From a virus (lineage: Duplodnaviria > Heunggongvirae > Uroviricota > Caudoviricetes), in the IMG/VR virus record IMGVR_UViG_3300045049_000270: 22,043 nucleotides of DNA, one strand, 5' to 3'. Position 1 is the stretch's first letter; each line of letters opens with the position of its first letter. Under the pieces are notes generated by a model. It was not told the origin of the DNA and searched no databases. It worked only from the letters and a program-made list of their open reading frames with translations. Positions 1-7,598 of the stretch are shown here, piece after piece. Both the position numbers and the translations under genes were made by a program.

Positions 1-24
1 GGTTTTGCAATCGATTGCAAAACC
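1..24. repeat. Perfect 24-bp palindrome, possible terminator stem upstream of an early promoter
   Basis: GGTTTTGCAATC-GATTGCAAAACC; may be truncated by the window edge. Confidence 0.8.
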
Positions 25-31
25 GCTCTAA

Positions 32-74
32 GCTTGACTGGTCGAAGGACCTAATATACCATTTGGTTTTCACC
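32..74 (+). promoter_or_regulatory. sigma70-type early promoter with flanking imperfect inverted repeat
   Basis: GC-TTGACT (34-39), 17-bp spacer, TACCAT (57-62); AGGAG RBS before ATG 100. Confidence 0.75.
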
Positions 75-99
75 AACCCCGTAAAAGCTAGGAGATGCT

Positions 100-291
100 A
101 TGCGTATTGAAGATGTGAAGATCAACGAAGTATACATGTTCAGCAAGCAAGGTAATGAAGTGCGCGTCAAGGCTCTGCCCACAACAGGACCGGATACTGG
201 TCTCGTTGAGGTTGAGTTTGTGACCTCTGGCAAAGCTGTAATGGTTACGGCTGGGGCTCTCGAACGTGTCGGAGAATACGAAGACGAATGA
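100..291 (+). CDS. Hypothetical protein (63 aa, beta-rich)
   Basis: AGGAG RBS, first gene after promoter, ATGA overlap with next gene. Confidence 0.8.
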   Translation: MRIEDVKINEVYMFSKQGNEVRVKALPTTGPDTGLVEVEFVTSGKAVMVTAGALERVGEYEDE

Positions 292-527
292 CCCGAGGTT
301 ATCTGCTTCGAAGTGAAGGCCAGGATGGCGAGATCTGTACGTTTCGCCTCCTTTACAACAATACTATAATAAGCTCAGGGCACATCGGGCCGATGCGCGC
401 ACTCGCAATTCTTGATGAGCAATTGAAACGGCGGCCGGCTCCTGTCAAATATCGACATAACAAAATGAGGGCCGTTGAATTTACGGATGACATTCGTGTT
501 TACTTGATTCTCACTTACGGGGGATAA
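288..527 (+). CDS. Hypothetical protein (79 aa), possible member of C-terminal 'D..hh.L.Y/F' paralog family
   Basis: ATGA overlap; ends FTDDIRVYLILTYGG. Confidence 0.75.
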   Translation: MTRGYLLRSEGQDGEICTFRLLYNNTIISSGHIGPMRALAILDEQLKRRPAPVKYRHNKMRAVEFTDDIRVYLILTYGG

Positions 528-528
528 A

Positions 529-900
529 ATGTCGCGAACTAAGTATTTCAATAAATTACGAGCATTCAATTGGGATGGTTTTGGTTCAACCATTTCCGCT
601 AGTTCAAACTACAACCTCAAAAAGGATGAATTTAGCAACTGGTGGGTATATGTACCAACTAGTCAAGGATATTTCATACTTGATAGCTTTGTTAATTCAT
701 CGTCAACTATAAAGAAAAAGCCAGGAATAAATCATCCTTTTCAGTACTTCAAAGATGCGATGGCGGCTGTTAAAGAATTACAACAAATGCACGTACATCG
801 ACCAATTTCTGTTTACCCCAACCCCGATGATCCGGACGAATATGTTAAAATTGGCGACAACGAATTAGAAGAGCTTCAAGCCGTTTTAACATATACCTAA
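529..900 (+). CDS. Hypothetical protein (123 aa), paralog array A
   Basis: Tightly packed; ends ELQAVLTYT, similar to neighbours. Confidence 0.8.
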   Translation: MSRTKYFNKLRAFNWDGFGSTISASSNYNLKKDEFSNWWVYVPTSQGYFILDSFVNSSSTIKKKPGINHPFQYFKDAMAAVKELQQMHVHRPISVYPNPDDPDEYVKIGDNELEELQAVLTYT

Positions 901-901
901 G

Positions 902-1198
902 ATGCCAAAAGATAGATTTCGCGATCCCACATCCGAAGAAGCAATTATTTGGTTCGATAGCACCTCAGCGGAGTGGAAAAGTTCTCAATGGAATGTTGAT
1001 TGGATAGAAATAGAATCTTCATTGTTTTGTAATGCTCGATTTGAAACATTAAATGAAGCATTTTATTCGGCAACTCATTTAAAGACAAAATTTGGTATTA
1101 AGCGAATCATATTCAAAATTCCTAATACTGATGATTTGATATTTGTCACAAATGATTCTGAAGCAGTTGCTGTGATACTGGAATATGCAGACATTTGA
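902..1198 (+). CDS. Hypothetical protein (98 aa), paralog array A
   Basis: Tightly packed; ends DSEAVAVILEYADI. Confidence 0.8.
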   Translation: MPKDRFRDPTSEEAIIWFDSTSAEWKSSQWNVDWIEIESSLFCNARFETLNEAFYSATHLKTKFGIKRIIFKIPNTDDLIFVTNDSEAVAVILEYADI

Positions 1199-1655
1199 AT
1201 ACTGGGACTATCGTTATACCAGCCAACGCATGAAGAATGACCAACGTGCCCTTAAGCATTTGCGTCGTTCGTATGAGATTTCTAGAAACAATTTCGGTGA
1301 ATGGAATTTAAGTATTCCTATCATCAATTATGATGGTATTCACGGCTTACATAACCATAGTGATATAAAAATTTCCATATCACTGTCAGGCGTAATGTCA
1401 AATGTATTATGGCGAGAAATATACGACTCTGGCGCATCAAATATTGGCACATTCAAGTATCATTGTTTGGGTGCCCAACTTATCAAGTATGATCCTTCTC
1501 TTGCTGGTATGATCAAAATCGCAAAAGAACTAAGATCATTCTGGGCAAAACTACCGATTCGAGTTTGGTGCGAAAAAGAAAACGGTGAATTTGGCTACCA
1601 AACTATTCCCCACAACGATGCTGACCTTGTAGCATTCATCCTAACCCATAGTTGA
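1185..1655 (+). CDS. Hypothetical protein (156 aa), paralog array A
   Basis: Overlaps previous gene; ends DADLVAFILTHS. Confidence 0.8.
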   Translation: MQTFEYWDYRYTSQRMKNDQRALKHLRRSYEISRNNFGEWNLSIPIINYDGIHGLHNHSDIKISISLSGVMSNVLWREIYDSGASNIGTFKYHCLGAQLIKYDPSLAGMIKIAKELRSFWAKLPIRVWCEKENGEFGYQTIPHNDADLVAFILTHS

Positions 1656-1667
1656 TTCTCACTTCAT

Positions 1668-1991
1668 ATGAAGCTATCATGTGAGCATGGTAACTCATTG
1701 GAGGATCAAGTGGATAAAAACAAGATCGGCGTACATTTATCGCATTGCTGCTTGGAACACGGTTGCAAGTACAATGCTCCTGATTGTCCGGTAGCGTCGG
1801 GTGAACTCGCCCAGTTGTATCCTTGCGACACTTGTGTTGAAGAACTCGAACAGTTCAAAGAGCTGACAACCAAGGTGCTTGCATCACCTGAAAAATTGGC
1901 AGAGTTTCTTTCACAGCTATGCGTTCACACAAGTGACACTCGCCTGATTGGTACTCTTGCTGATGCAGTCACGCGGTTGCGGGGTTACTGA
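1668..1991 (+). CDS. Cys/His-rich putative Zn-binding phage protein (107 aa)
   Basis: HCCLEHGCKY..DCPV...YPCDTC motif; TGATG coupling to next gene. Confidence 0.75.
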   Translation: MKLSCEHGNSLEDQVDKNKIGVHLSHCCLEHGCKYNAPDCPVASGELAQLYPCDTCVEELEQFKELTTKVLASPEKLAEFLSQLCVHTSDTRLIGTLADAVTRLRGY

Positions 1992-2401
1992 TGGATGCCC
2001 CGAAGACCTACCATGAAGCGTTACAGCGTCTGCGCGAGGCGCTGAAGTACGGTGAAATCAGCTTTGGTTATCCTGAATATGTTCTGACTGACCCCAACAA
2101 ACCCAATTTTCGCTATGACAAACACGGTCCGTTTGGAGCTATGTTGACACAAGATGAATTCCAACAACTGGTATCAACTGCACAACCGCACATCTATCTC
2201 AAACAGATGTTGCAACGTGCGTTCAGCATGGAGATGAACGAGATCATCGAGTTGATTTCATACTGGAATTTGCTTGATGCACATCGCAAAGCTGGTCTAC
2301 CCAAAGAACGCATTGATGCGCAAGAAGCTAGACTCGCATATGATGCTTTTCTCGAATCATTACTAGTGAATCGGGAGGATTATCCCAACCCTGAGCTTTA
2401 A
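1991..2401 (+). CDS. Hypothetical protein (136 aa)
   Basis: TGATG translational coupling with the upstream gene. Confidence 0.8.
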   Translation: MDAPKTYHEALQRLREALKYGEISFGYPEYVLTDPNKPNFRYDKHGPFGAMLTQDEFQQLVSTAQPHIYLKQMLQRAFSMEMNEIIELISYWNLLDAHRKAGLPKERIDAQEARLAYDAFLESLLVNREDYPNPEL

Positions 2402-2477
2402 GGAGATCGTAACTAATTTCACCTACAGTATAACTTCGTAGAACAGTTCACCTGGTAAACATGAAGGGAGAACAAAA

Positions 2478-2954
2478 ATGTCTGGAATAAGCTATGCGAG
2501 AGTCAGGTACGGGGACCGTGAAGTGCCTGCCAGCTTTCATGATGCAATTTTAAAGATAAAAGACGCGACAGCAAAGCAATGGATTTCGTTTGAAGCTGAT
2601 GGGCGATACATAGTGCCAAAGCAAAATCCACCAATGTATTGTGCGATTGGATATTTGCTTCCACCCATCTATCGCCGACAGCTTGTTGATAGCAACAACA
2701 CTGTGAGGGAATTGCCCTCATTGCTCGGTGTTCGGCGGCAAGAACTTGAAATCTTGATGGGTATGGATTTAGCAGATGCTACTGCGATTCAAAACAAATT
2801 CGACGATTTATCAAGGAGTTTTTTGACTGTTAGTACCACTCCATATGTTACTTCAGAAGAAGTGGTGGCAGCAAAAAAGCGATACAGAAAAGAATGGGCG
2901 GAATTCTTGAACCAGCTTCTAGAGAAAGAAAATTATCAGTTCGAAATAGAATAA
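2478..2954 (+). CDS. Hypothetical phage protein (158 aa)
   Basis: GGGAG RBS; contains a CAIGYLLP...IQNKFD pattern recalled from phage hypothetical proteins. Confidence 0.8.
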   Translation: MSGISYARVRYGDREVPASFHDAILKIKDATAKQWISFEADGRYIVPKQNPPMYCAIGYLLPPIYRRQLVDSNNTVRELPSLLGVRRQELEILMGMDLADATAIQNKFDDLSRSFLTVSTTPYVTSEEVVAAKKRYRKEWAEFLNQLLEKENYQFEIE

Positions 2955-2965
2955 CTTACAAATAT

Positions 2966-2993
2966 TTGCAGATTGAATGCTCTAACGTAAAAT
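2966..2993 (+). promoter_or_regulatory. Possible sigma70 promoter for the mazG-like operon
   Basis: TTGCAG (2966-2971), 16 bp, TAAAAT (2988-2993). Confidence 0.45.
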
Positions 2994-3015
2994 GGCGGTT
3001 GATATCCGCCTTTTT
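2994..3015 (+). terminator. Hairpin plus T-tract (terminator or 5' stem)
   Basis: GGCGG-TTGATAT-CCGCC-TTTTT. Confidence 0.55.
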
Positions 3016-3032
3016 CGTTGGAATTCAGATAT

Positions 3033-3359
3033 ATGTCAAAAGTACTAGAACAATTCAACAATATAAATATGAACTTGCATCTTCTTTCAGAAGAATGCAA
3101 AGAAGTCGGCTTAGTTGTATCCAAAGCATTGCGTTTTGGTCTAACGGATGTTGATCCTGATTCTCCAAATTCAGCTCCCAAATATCAACTTCTCGAACAA
3201 GAAATTGGTGATGTGTTTGCATTGGTGGATATTCTGATCCACAATCAAATTGGTATTTCGCACGAAGGTATTGCCCAAGCTAAGGCTAGGAAACTCCAAA
3301 AACTAGCTCGTTACTATGGTAATGGTGAATTCGCCAAGAACGGGCCATTAGAAGAATGA
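3033..3359 (+). CDS. mazG: MazG-like nucleotide pyrophosphohydrolase
   Basis: LSEECKEV...KALRFG...LEQEIGDVFALVDIL matches the MazG EExxE...EhgD pattern; ATG 3033 preferred over TTG 3018. Confidence 0.8.
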   Translation: MSKVLEQFNNINMNLHLLSEECKEVGLVVSKALRFGLTDVDPDSPNSAPKYQLLEQEIGDVFALVDILIHNQIGISHEGIAQAKARKLQKLARYYGNGEFAKNGPLEE

Positions 3360-3574
3360 AACAACAAAAGCACCGCTGGCGCGGTAAACGATCCGCCAAG
3401 CGTCTGGCCGAAGTTCATGCTTCACGGATACTGAAACATCCTAAGGGGCATAATGTAGGGGCTCTTAACCAGCCAGATGTAATTCCTATTGTTATATTAG
3501 AACGCAAACTCATCGAATTACAAAAAGTGGTGTTAAACCGCATAGCGATGAAAAATCATGCAATCAAGACTTGA
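3356..3574 (+). CDS. Basic hypothetical protein (72 aa)
   Basis: ATGA overlap with mazG; Lys/Arg-rich N-terminus. Confidence 0.65.
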   Translation: MKQQKHRWRGKRSAKRLAEVHASRILKHPKGHNVGALNQPDVIPIVILERKLIELQKVVLNRIAMKNHAIKT

Positions 3575-3698
3575 AGTATTTAAAACTGTTGTATATGTAG
3601 TTGGCGTTCTGGCTACTGTTGCTGTTACCGTATATGTGATTATTAGTGGTGGCGAAAGCGAATATCACCGAACATTAATCAAGGTTTTACTTCCATAA
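3558..3698 (+). CDS. Small single-pass membrane protein (46 aa; not in ORF track)
   Basis: MQSRLEVFKTVVYVVGVLATVAVTVYVIISGGESEYHRTLIKVLLP; fills the gap in the operon. Confidence 0.65.
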   Translation: MQSRLEVFKTVVYVVGVLATVAVTVYVIISGGESEYHRTLIKVLLP

Positions 3699-3711
3699 AA
3701 GGAGAAAAGAA

Positions 3712-3843
3712 ATGGTCTTTTGTATTGTACTATTGGTAATTATTACTGCTTTTGGTTTGTATTCACATTTTGTATATGATGATGCACAAAAGCAAGTAGA
3801 CCGAATCAAAAAGGAAAAACAAGATGGTCAACATGAACAATAA
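3712..3843 (+). CDS. Small N-anchored membrane protein (43 aa; not in ORF track)
   Basis: AAGGAG RBS; MVFCIVLLVIITAFGLYSHFVYDDAQKQVDRIKKEKQDGQHEQ. Confidence 0.75.
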   Translation: MVFCIVLLVIITAFGLYSHFVYDDAQKQVDRIKKEKQDGQHEQ

Positions 3844-4081
3844 AATCGTTCTGGGTATGTGTCTTACCTCACGTCATGATTTCGGTTTGATGTCGGAAAC
3901 TGATGCGCAATTCTTGTATAAGGAAATGTATCAGCTATACGAGCACAATGTGAAGCCAGTCATTGAAAAATTAGAATCTGAACTTGATGAAATGACTGAC
4001 CAGATTGAGGCATTGCAAAGAGAATTGCGCTGTGAACGTGATAAAGTACAGACTTACCAAAACAATGGCCATTTCTATTGA
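3824..4081 (+). CDS. Hypothetical phage protein with MCLTSRHDFGL motif and coiled-coil C-terminus
   Basis: Overlaps previous gene; start 3824 or 3833. Confidence 0.8.
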   Translation: MVNMNNKIVLGMCLTSRHDFGLMSETDAQFLYKEMYQLYEHNVKPVIEKLESELDEMTDQIEALQRELRCERDKVQTYQNNGHFY

Positions 4082-4098
4082 TTAGCCAAATACGAAGA

Positions 4099-4116
4099 GG
4101 GGAGCAAATGCTCCCC
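4099..4116. terminator. Hairpin between convergent gene blocks
   Basis: GGGGAGC-AAAT-GCTCCCC. Confidence 0.7.
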
Positions 4117-4127
4117 ATCTTACCATT

Positions 4128-4358
4128 TTAAAGCAAACGTGGTTGCTGTTCTGCTCGATATGTCCAATCATTGCGGTTGACTTCATAGAAACGGACAATC
4201 GTTTCATTCCCCAGCTCGCGCCAGATTTCCTTTTCGGTTGCTGGGGTATCTGAATTTGGCTCCAGGCACATTTCCATCTCTGCCATAGCTTTTGCCAGTG
4301 TACGACGGGAGCGATAAAGTTCCACGTCGTAGCCATCATGTACGAGAGAATAGATCAT
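4128..4358 (-). CDS. Hypothetical protein (76 aa)
   Basis: ATG 4358 overlaps the TGA of the upstream gene (ATGA); MIYSLVHDGYDVELY... Confidence 0.75.
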   Translation of the reverse strand: MIYSLVHDGYDVELYRSRRTLAKAMAEMEMCLEPNSDTPATEKEIWRELGNETIVRFYEVNRNDWTYRAEQQPRLL

Positions 4359-4564
4359 GGATAATACACCGTCCAGCCCACATCGCGCCAAGCCTTTTCG
4401 AGAATGTTGATGTTTTGCATCAACTCCTGGCGGGTCATGCGTTTGACATCACCTTGAGGTGCATGAGCATGCATGACAATCTTGTGAAATGCATCACGAA
4501 GCTCACGTTCTTTAACCATATGTTCACGTGTTGCTTCGCTACCGTCGAAATACAAGACTGACAT
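4355..4564 (-). CDS. Hypothetical protein (69 aa)
   Basis: AGGAG RBS directly after a promoter. Confidence 0.8.
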   Translation of the reverse strand: MSVLYFDGSEATREHMVKERELRDAFHKIVMHAHAPQGDVKRMTRQELMQNINILEKAWRDVGWTVYYP

Positions 4565-4584
4565 ATTGTTCTCCTATTTCATTG

Positions 4585-4625
4585 CCATGTTCAAATTCTG
4601 CACTCAGATGAACATAATGTCAAGC
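4585..4625 (-). promoter_or_regulatory. Hairpin-containing early promoter
   Basis: GC-TTGACA (4618-4623), 17 bp, CAGAAT (4595-4600); sense TTATGTTCA...TGAACATGG arms with inner TCTG/CAGA. Confidence 0.7.
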
Positions 4626-4796
4626 GAAATAATTACCTGTGAGAAACTTGACATCGCTATGTAAGCGCATCAGATCAGAACGAAGAATTGCTATACGCCG
4701 ATCGCTTCGTTGGTCGGCTGGCTTTTGCATTTCTGCAGCCAACTCAACCTTGATAGCGAGTAATTGGTCTTGTTTTTCTTTTAGCGTATTATTCAT
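4620..4796 (-). CDS. Hypothetical coiled-coil protein (58 aa)
   Basis: AAGGAG RBS before MNNTLKEK; TGA stop lies inside the next TTGACA. Confidence 0.75.
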   Translation of the reverse strand: MNNTLKEKQDQLLAIKVELAAEMQKPADQRSDRRIAILRSDLMRLHSDVKFLTGNYFA

Positions 4797-4807
4797 ATGT
4801 CTCCTTT

Positions 4808-5158
4808 TTAATCGTTTGACCATTCGTTTATTGGTGCGCCGCCGCAATCAGCTGTTAGCTCCTTGCCATCCCACTCAAGTGAAAAGAAGTTTTCAGCGTA
4901 ACCACCTTCGTTATCATTTTCCCACAAAAAGAAATTGCCCTTTTTACGGTTGATTGCCATCACTTCCATCTCACCCATGCCAGCATCGTCAAATGCCTTT
5001 TCAAGTTCTTCGCATTTGAGATTCAGCAAGAATACATCTTCCTCAAAGACTTCTACGCGTTCTACACCATAGCGTTCGCGTAGTGCATCAATCAGCTCAA
5101 CCTTGCGCTGGAGGAAATCAGCGTTCTTCAGTGTAACTTCAGTTTTAATCGTTGCTAT
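4808..5158 (-). CDS. Hypothetical protein (about 116 aa) with probable non-canonical ATA start
   Basis: Frame open to an in-frame TAA just upstream; GGGAGA-TATAAG-ATA-GCA; no ATG/GTG/TTG before TTG 5029. Confidence 0.65.
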   Translation of the reverse strand: MATIKTEVTLKNADFLQRKVELIDALRERYGVERVEVFEEDVFLLNLKCEELEKAFDDAGMGEMEVMAINRKKGNFFLWENDNEGGYAENFFSLEWDGKELTADCGGAPINEWSND

Positions 5159-5178
5159 CTTATATCTCCCGTTGTTTT

Positions 5179-5220
5179 ACCATGTTCATATGGTATATTC
5201 ACTTGAAGGTGTGGTCAAGC
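5179..5220 (-). promoter_or_regulatory. Hairpin-containing early promoter
   Basis: GC-TTGACC (5213-5218), 17 bp, TACCAT (5190-5195), followed by ATGAACATGG. Confidence 0.75.
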
Positions 5221-5571
5221 TGTTTCGATTGGTTCCCAATTGTTGTTGAGGCCACTACCCGTTAATGGTTCACATGTTTGCTTGCGAAAGCAACCAATAT
5301 CACCAGTACAATTGTGGTGACATTTCCCACCATCTAAGCATTGAGAACCGGGCCTTTCTTCGAGACCATAGGTGATCTTTAGGGTCACCTGATTTTGGCA
5401 CCATTCAACAGCTTGGCCGACGAATTCACATACGATTTCCTGGTTGTTATAGTCTCGATTGTAAGCATGCCATTTTTGGCCATGAGGTTCGATGACATAA
5501 GCAAGCTTGTCATACCGTCCGATCATCTTCCAACCTCGATGTTCCCAACATAATGCGATGCTATTATTCAT
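5215..5571 (-). CDS. Hypothetical protein (118 aa) with C-terminal Cys cluster
   Basis: AGGAGG RBS; CLDGGKCHHNC...CFRKQTCEPL. Confidence 0.8.
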   Translation of the reverse strand: MNNSIALCWEHRGWKMIGRYDKLAYVIEPHGQKWHAYNRDYNNQEIVCEFVGQAVEWCQNQVTLKITYGLEERPGSQCLDGGKCHHNCTGDIGCFRKQTCEPLTGSGLNNNWEPIETA

Positions 5572-5591
5572 ACTACCTCCTTGGTAAAATG

Positions 5592-5630
5592 ATAGCTAGA
5601 TGATATGTTCATCTAGCTATGGCTGCAAGC
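5592..5630 (-). promoter_or_regulatory. Hairpin-containing early promoter (perfect 12-bp arms)
   Basis: GC-TTGCAG (5623-5628), 17 bp, TATCAT (5600-5605); ATAGCTAGATGA-acata-TCATCTAGCTAT. Confidence 0.8.
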
Positions 5631-5668
5631 CCCCTTTATTCACCATATGCTACCATGGCAAACTAATT

Positions 5669-6055
5669 TTACAGCTTGGTCTTTTTACCAGTTACAAAAT
5701 TAACAACAGTTGCACCAGATCCGAATGCTGCGCGCATTTCAAAGAGTTCTTCGGCCGACGGCGTATGATTTTCCATCTCGCGTCGATATTCGGCAAGGAA
5801 TGAACTCGTTTCCGCATCACGCGTTGCTGTTGCCTTTTCAAGGTCGATCGGGTAACCACAGTACACCCAGAATTCTACGATGTCAGCTGGCGGCACACGG
5901 TTATTTGCTTTCCAATACGGAACACCTTCAACCATGTAGGCATCTTTGGCGAAGTCATCCATCAGGGCAAGACTAGCCTTGATTTCCCACGGTCCACGCG
6001 GAATATTAATACCACGGATATAGGCATTCAGATACGGATGTTTTTTCATGTTCAC
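5669..6055 (-). CDS. Hypothetical phage protein (128 aa)
   Basis: ATGA overlap; WKANNRVPP.D and EMRAAFG.GATVVN.VTG patterns recalled from phage hypothetical proteins. Confidence 0.85.
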   Translation of the reverse strand: MNMKKHPYLNAYIRGINIPRGPWEIKASLALMDDFAKDAYMVEGVPYWKANNRVPPADIVEFWVYCGYPIDLEKATATRDAETSSFLAEYRREMENHTPSAEELFEMRAAFGSGATVVNFVTGKKTKL

Positions 6056-6237
6056 CCCCGATATTGTTTGCGGAAGTTACGGACGAGATCATCGCAATAC
6101 CACGTGCTGACCATAGGAACCTTGCCTTCTTGATAGTCGACGATTCCATATTTTTGGTGATTGACACGTGCGAATTCAACAAGTTCTTTTTCAGGAACAC
6201 ACTGAGCTTTTGCAACGAATTCAACACGATGATACAT
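6052..6237 (-). CDS. Hypothetical protein (61 aa)
   Basis: GAGGAG RBS after a promoter. Confidence 0.8.
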   Translation of the reverse strand: MYHRVEFVAKAQCVPEKELVEFARVNHQKYGIVDYQEGKVPMVSTWYCDDLVRNFRKQYRG

Positions 6238-6256
6238 GTTCAGTTCTCCTCAACGG

Positions 6257-6300
6257 TCACCATATAATGATGATATGTTCATATGAACATGATGTCAAGC
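6257..6300 (-). promoter_or_regulatory. Hairpin-containing early promoter
   Basis: GC-TTGACA (6293-6298), 17 bp, TATCAT (6270-6275); spacer carries the palindrome ATGTTCATATGAACAT. Confidence 0.8.
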
Positions 6301-6308
6301 ACCAAATG

Positions 6309-6334
6309 AAAAGAGCGGCGAAAGCCGCTCTTTT
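6309..6334. terminator. Intrinsic terminator (bidirectional form)
   Basis: AAAAGAGCGGC-GAAA-GCCGCTCTTTT. Confidence 0.9.
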
Positions 6335-6355
6335 GTATGTTACCTTTTGGGTAGC

Positions 6356-6712
6356 TTACGACGTAGCTGTCGCAGTACCTGTCGCAGTTGCGGGTGAAGT
6401 AGCTGTTGTCGAAGGATCAGTGGCGGCCGTTGAGCCATTAGCCGTGGCCTTAATTGCGGATGCATTTTCAGGCGTGAAACCGGTGATCTTGACGTGGCCG
6501 GAAACGAAAATAGCATTTCCTGATTTACTGTCGATAAACGTATAGCCATGTGCTGTTTCCTCGATCGAATCGGTGTACCAGGTATTCTGGAGTCCTTGAG
6601 CAGCGTATTGCTTCACTTCATACAACGAAACGGCTTCTTTTGCTTGAGAAAGACCGAAGAGCTTTTCGAGATATTGCAGCATGATTGATGGAATAGAGAT
6701 CGTCAGCACCAT
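6356..6712 (-). CDS. Hypothetical protein with Ala/Thr low-complexity tail
   Basis: Sits between a promoter and a terminator; start uncertain (6712 or 6682), no clear RBS. Confidence 0.65.
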   Translation of the reverse strand: MVLTISIPSIMLQYLEKLFGLSQAKEAVSLYEVKQYAAQGLQNTWYTDSIEETAHGYTFIDSKSGNAIFVSGHVKITGFTPENASAIKATANGSTAATDPSTTATSPATATGTATATS

Positions 6713-6739
6713 TGCTGAACGAGCGGGTAACGCTCAAGC

Positions 6740-6767
6740 ATTATAACTGCAAAAGTTGAAGTCGCAA
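6740..6767 (-). promoter_or_regulatory. sigma70-type promoter
   Basis: TTGCGA (6762-6767), 16 bp, TATAAT (6740-6745). Confidence 0.6.
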
Positions 6768-6792
6768 AAAAGGCGAACATTCGGTTCGCCTT
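6765..6792 (-). terminator. Intrinsic terminator after the lipoprotein gene
   Basis: Minus strand AAGGCGAAC-CGAAT-GTTCGCCTT followed by a T-run. Confidence 0.85.
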
Positions 6793-6819
6793 ACGTCAAC
6801 TTTTAGAGTTGATTATTGA

Positions 6820-7224
6820 TTATCGTCGCCGATAGCTGCTGACGCTCGTTGTCGAGACCGACGAACGATACGACGGAGAATACGAAGTCGACGGGCGAAC
6901 ATACGTGCGGTTGATCACCGTTGTCTGGTGGATTACAGGGGCCGGAGCAGCGTGATAGTGATGAACGACAGTTGTGCCGCCACCACCCGCCATCATATGG
7001 CCGAGCATCATACCGGTAGCCAAATCTGCGGCCGAATGATCTTGTTGAACAACGACAGGTTGGGCGGGTTGTGCATAGACAACTTGTGGTGCTGGTTGCT
7101 CGATGACTTGAGCGGGAGGTGCTACTTGAGCTTGTTGCTGCGGCTGTTGATTGCTATTGCCACAAGCGGCGAGTGTTACAGCAACAACGGAAGCGAATGC
7201 TAGGGAAGCGATGGAACGACGCAT
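6820..7224 (-). CDS. Low-complexity lipoprotein (134 aa)
   Basis: Signal peptide with lipobox LAA-C; Q/P/V-rich middle, S/R-rich tail; GAGGAG RBS. Confidence 0.85.
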   Translation of the reverse strand: MRRSIASLAFASVVAVTLAACGNSNQQPQQQAQVAPPAQVIEQPAPQVVYAQPAQPVVVQQDHSAADLATGMMLGHMMAGGGGTTVVHHYHAAPAPVIHQTTVINRTYVRPSTSYSPSYRSSVSTTSVSSYRRR

Positions 7225-7277
7225 TTTTATTCAACTCCTCTTGTAAGGTTACCTAAAAGTAAAACATCTTAAAACGA

Positions 7278-7309
7278 TGCCATTCTATGTGAATGGCAGC
7301 TATTTGCAA
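7278..7309 (-). promoter_or_regulatory. Hairpin-containing promoter (perfect 8-bp arms)
   Basis: TTGCAA (7304-7309), 16 bp, TAGAAT (7282-7287); TGCCATTC-acata-GAATGGCA. Confidence 0.75.
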
Positions 7310-7331
7310 GAGGAACAAGCAAAGATTTTTC

Positions 7332-7598
7332 TTACGAAATGCTTGCTTCAGCATACACAAACGTAAGTTTGAATATGGCAGCATCTTGTTCACGGCTGAA
7401 GTAGATGCCTCGATCTTCGTCAAATTTAAATCTACCTCTAATATTAACATCGAACCATTCTTGATATTCAGGTTTCAATCGATACCCAAGTGCCGGATGG
7501 AATTGCACAATGTTTCTGACATTGGGATAACTGACAAAGAACCACTCAATGCCTAACATGAAAACAATGTCCAAGTAAATGTTTTTGAATATGCTCAT
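7332..7598 (-). CDS. Hypothetical protein, 'F...DA..FKL.F' paralog array B
   Basis: Ends IYFSREQDAAIFKLTFV; ATGA overlap. Confidence 0.8.
   Translation of the reverse strand: MSIFKNIYLDIVFMLGIEWFFVSYPNVRNIVQFHPALGYRLKPEYQEWFDVNIRGRFKFDEDRGIYFSREQDAAIFKLTFVYAEASIS

Noticed and set aside
2402-2477. Promoter in the 2402-2477 gap
   Set aside because: A TATAAC -10-like word is present but there is no acceptable -35 at 16-18 bp; not called.
4082-4339. Alternative minus-frame ORF (85 aa)
   Set aside because: Overlaps the ATGA-coupled 4128-4358 gene in another frame and runs through the convergent hairpin.
6356-6420. Short TGTCGCAGT repeats
   Set aside because: Explained by the Ala/Thr low-complexity protein tail.
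7253-7450. 65-aa minus ORF
   Set aside because: Out of frame within 7332-7598 and runs across the 7278-7309 promoter.
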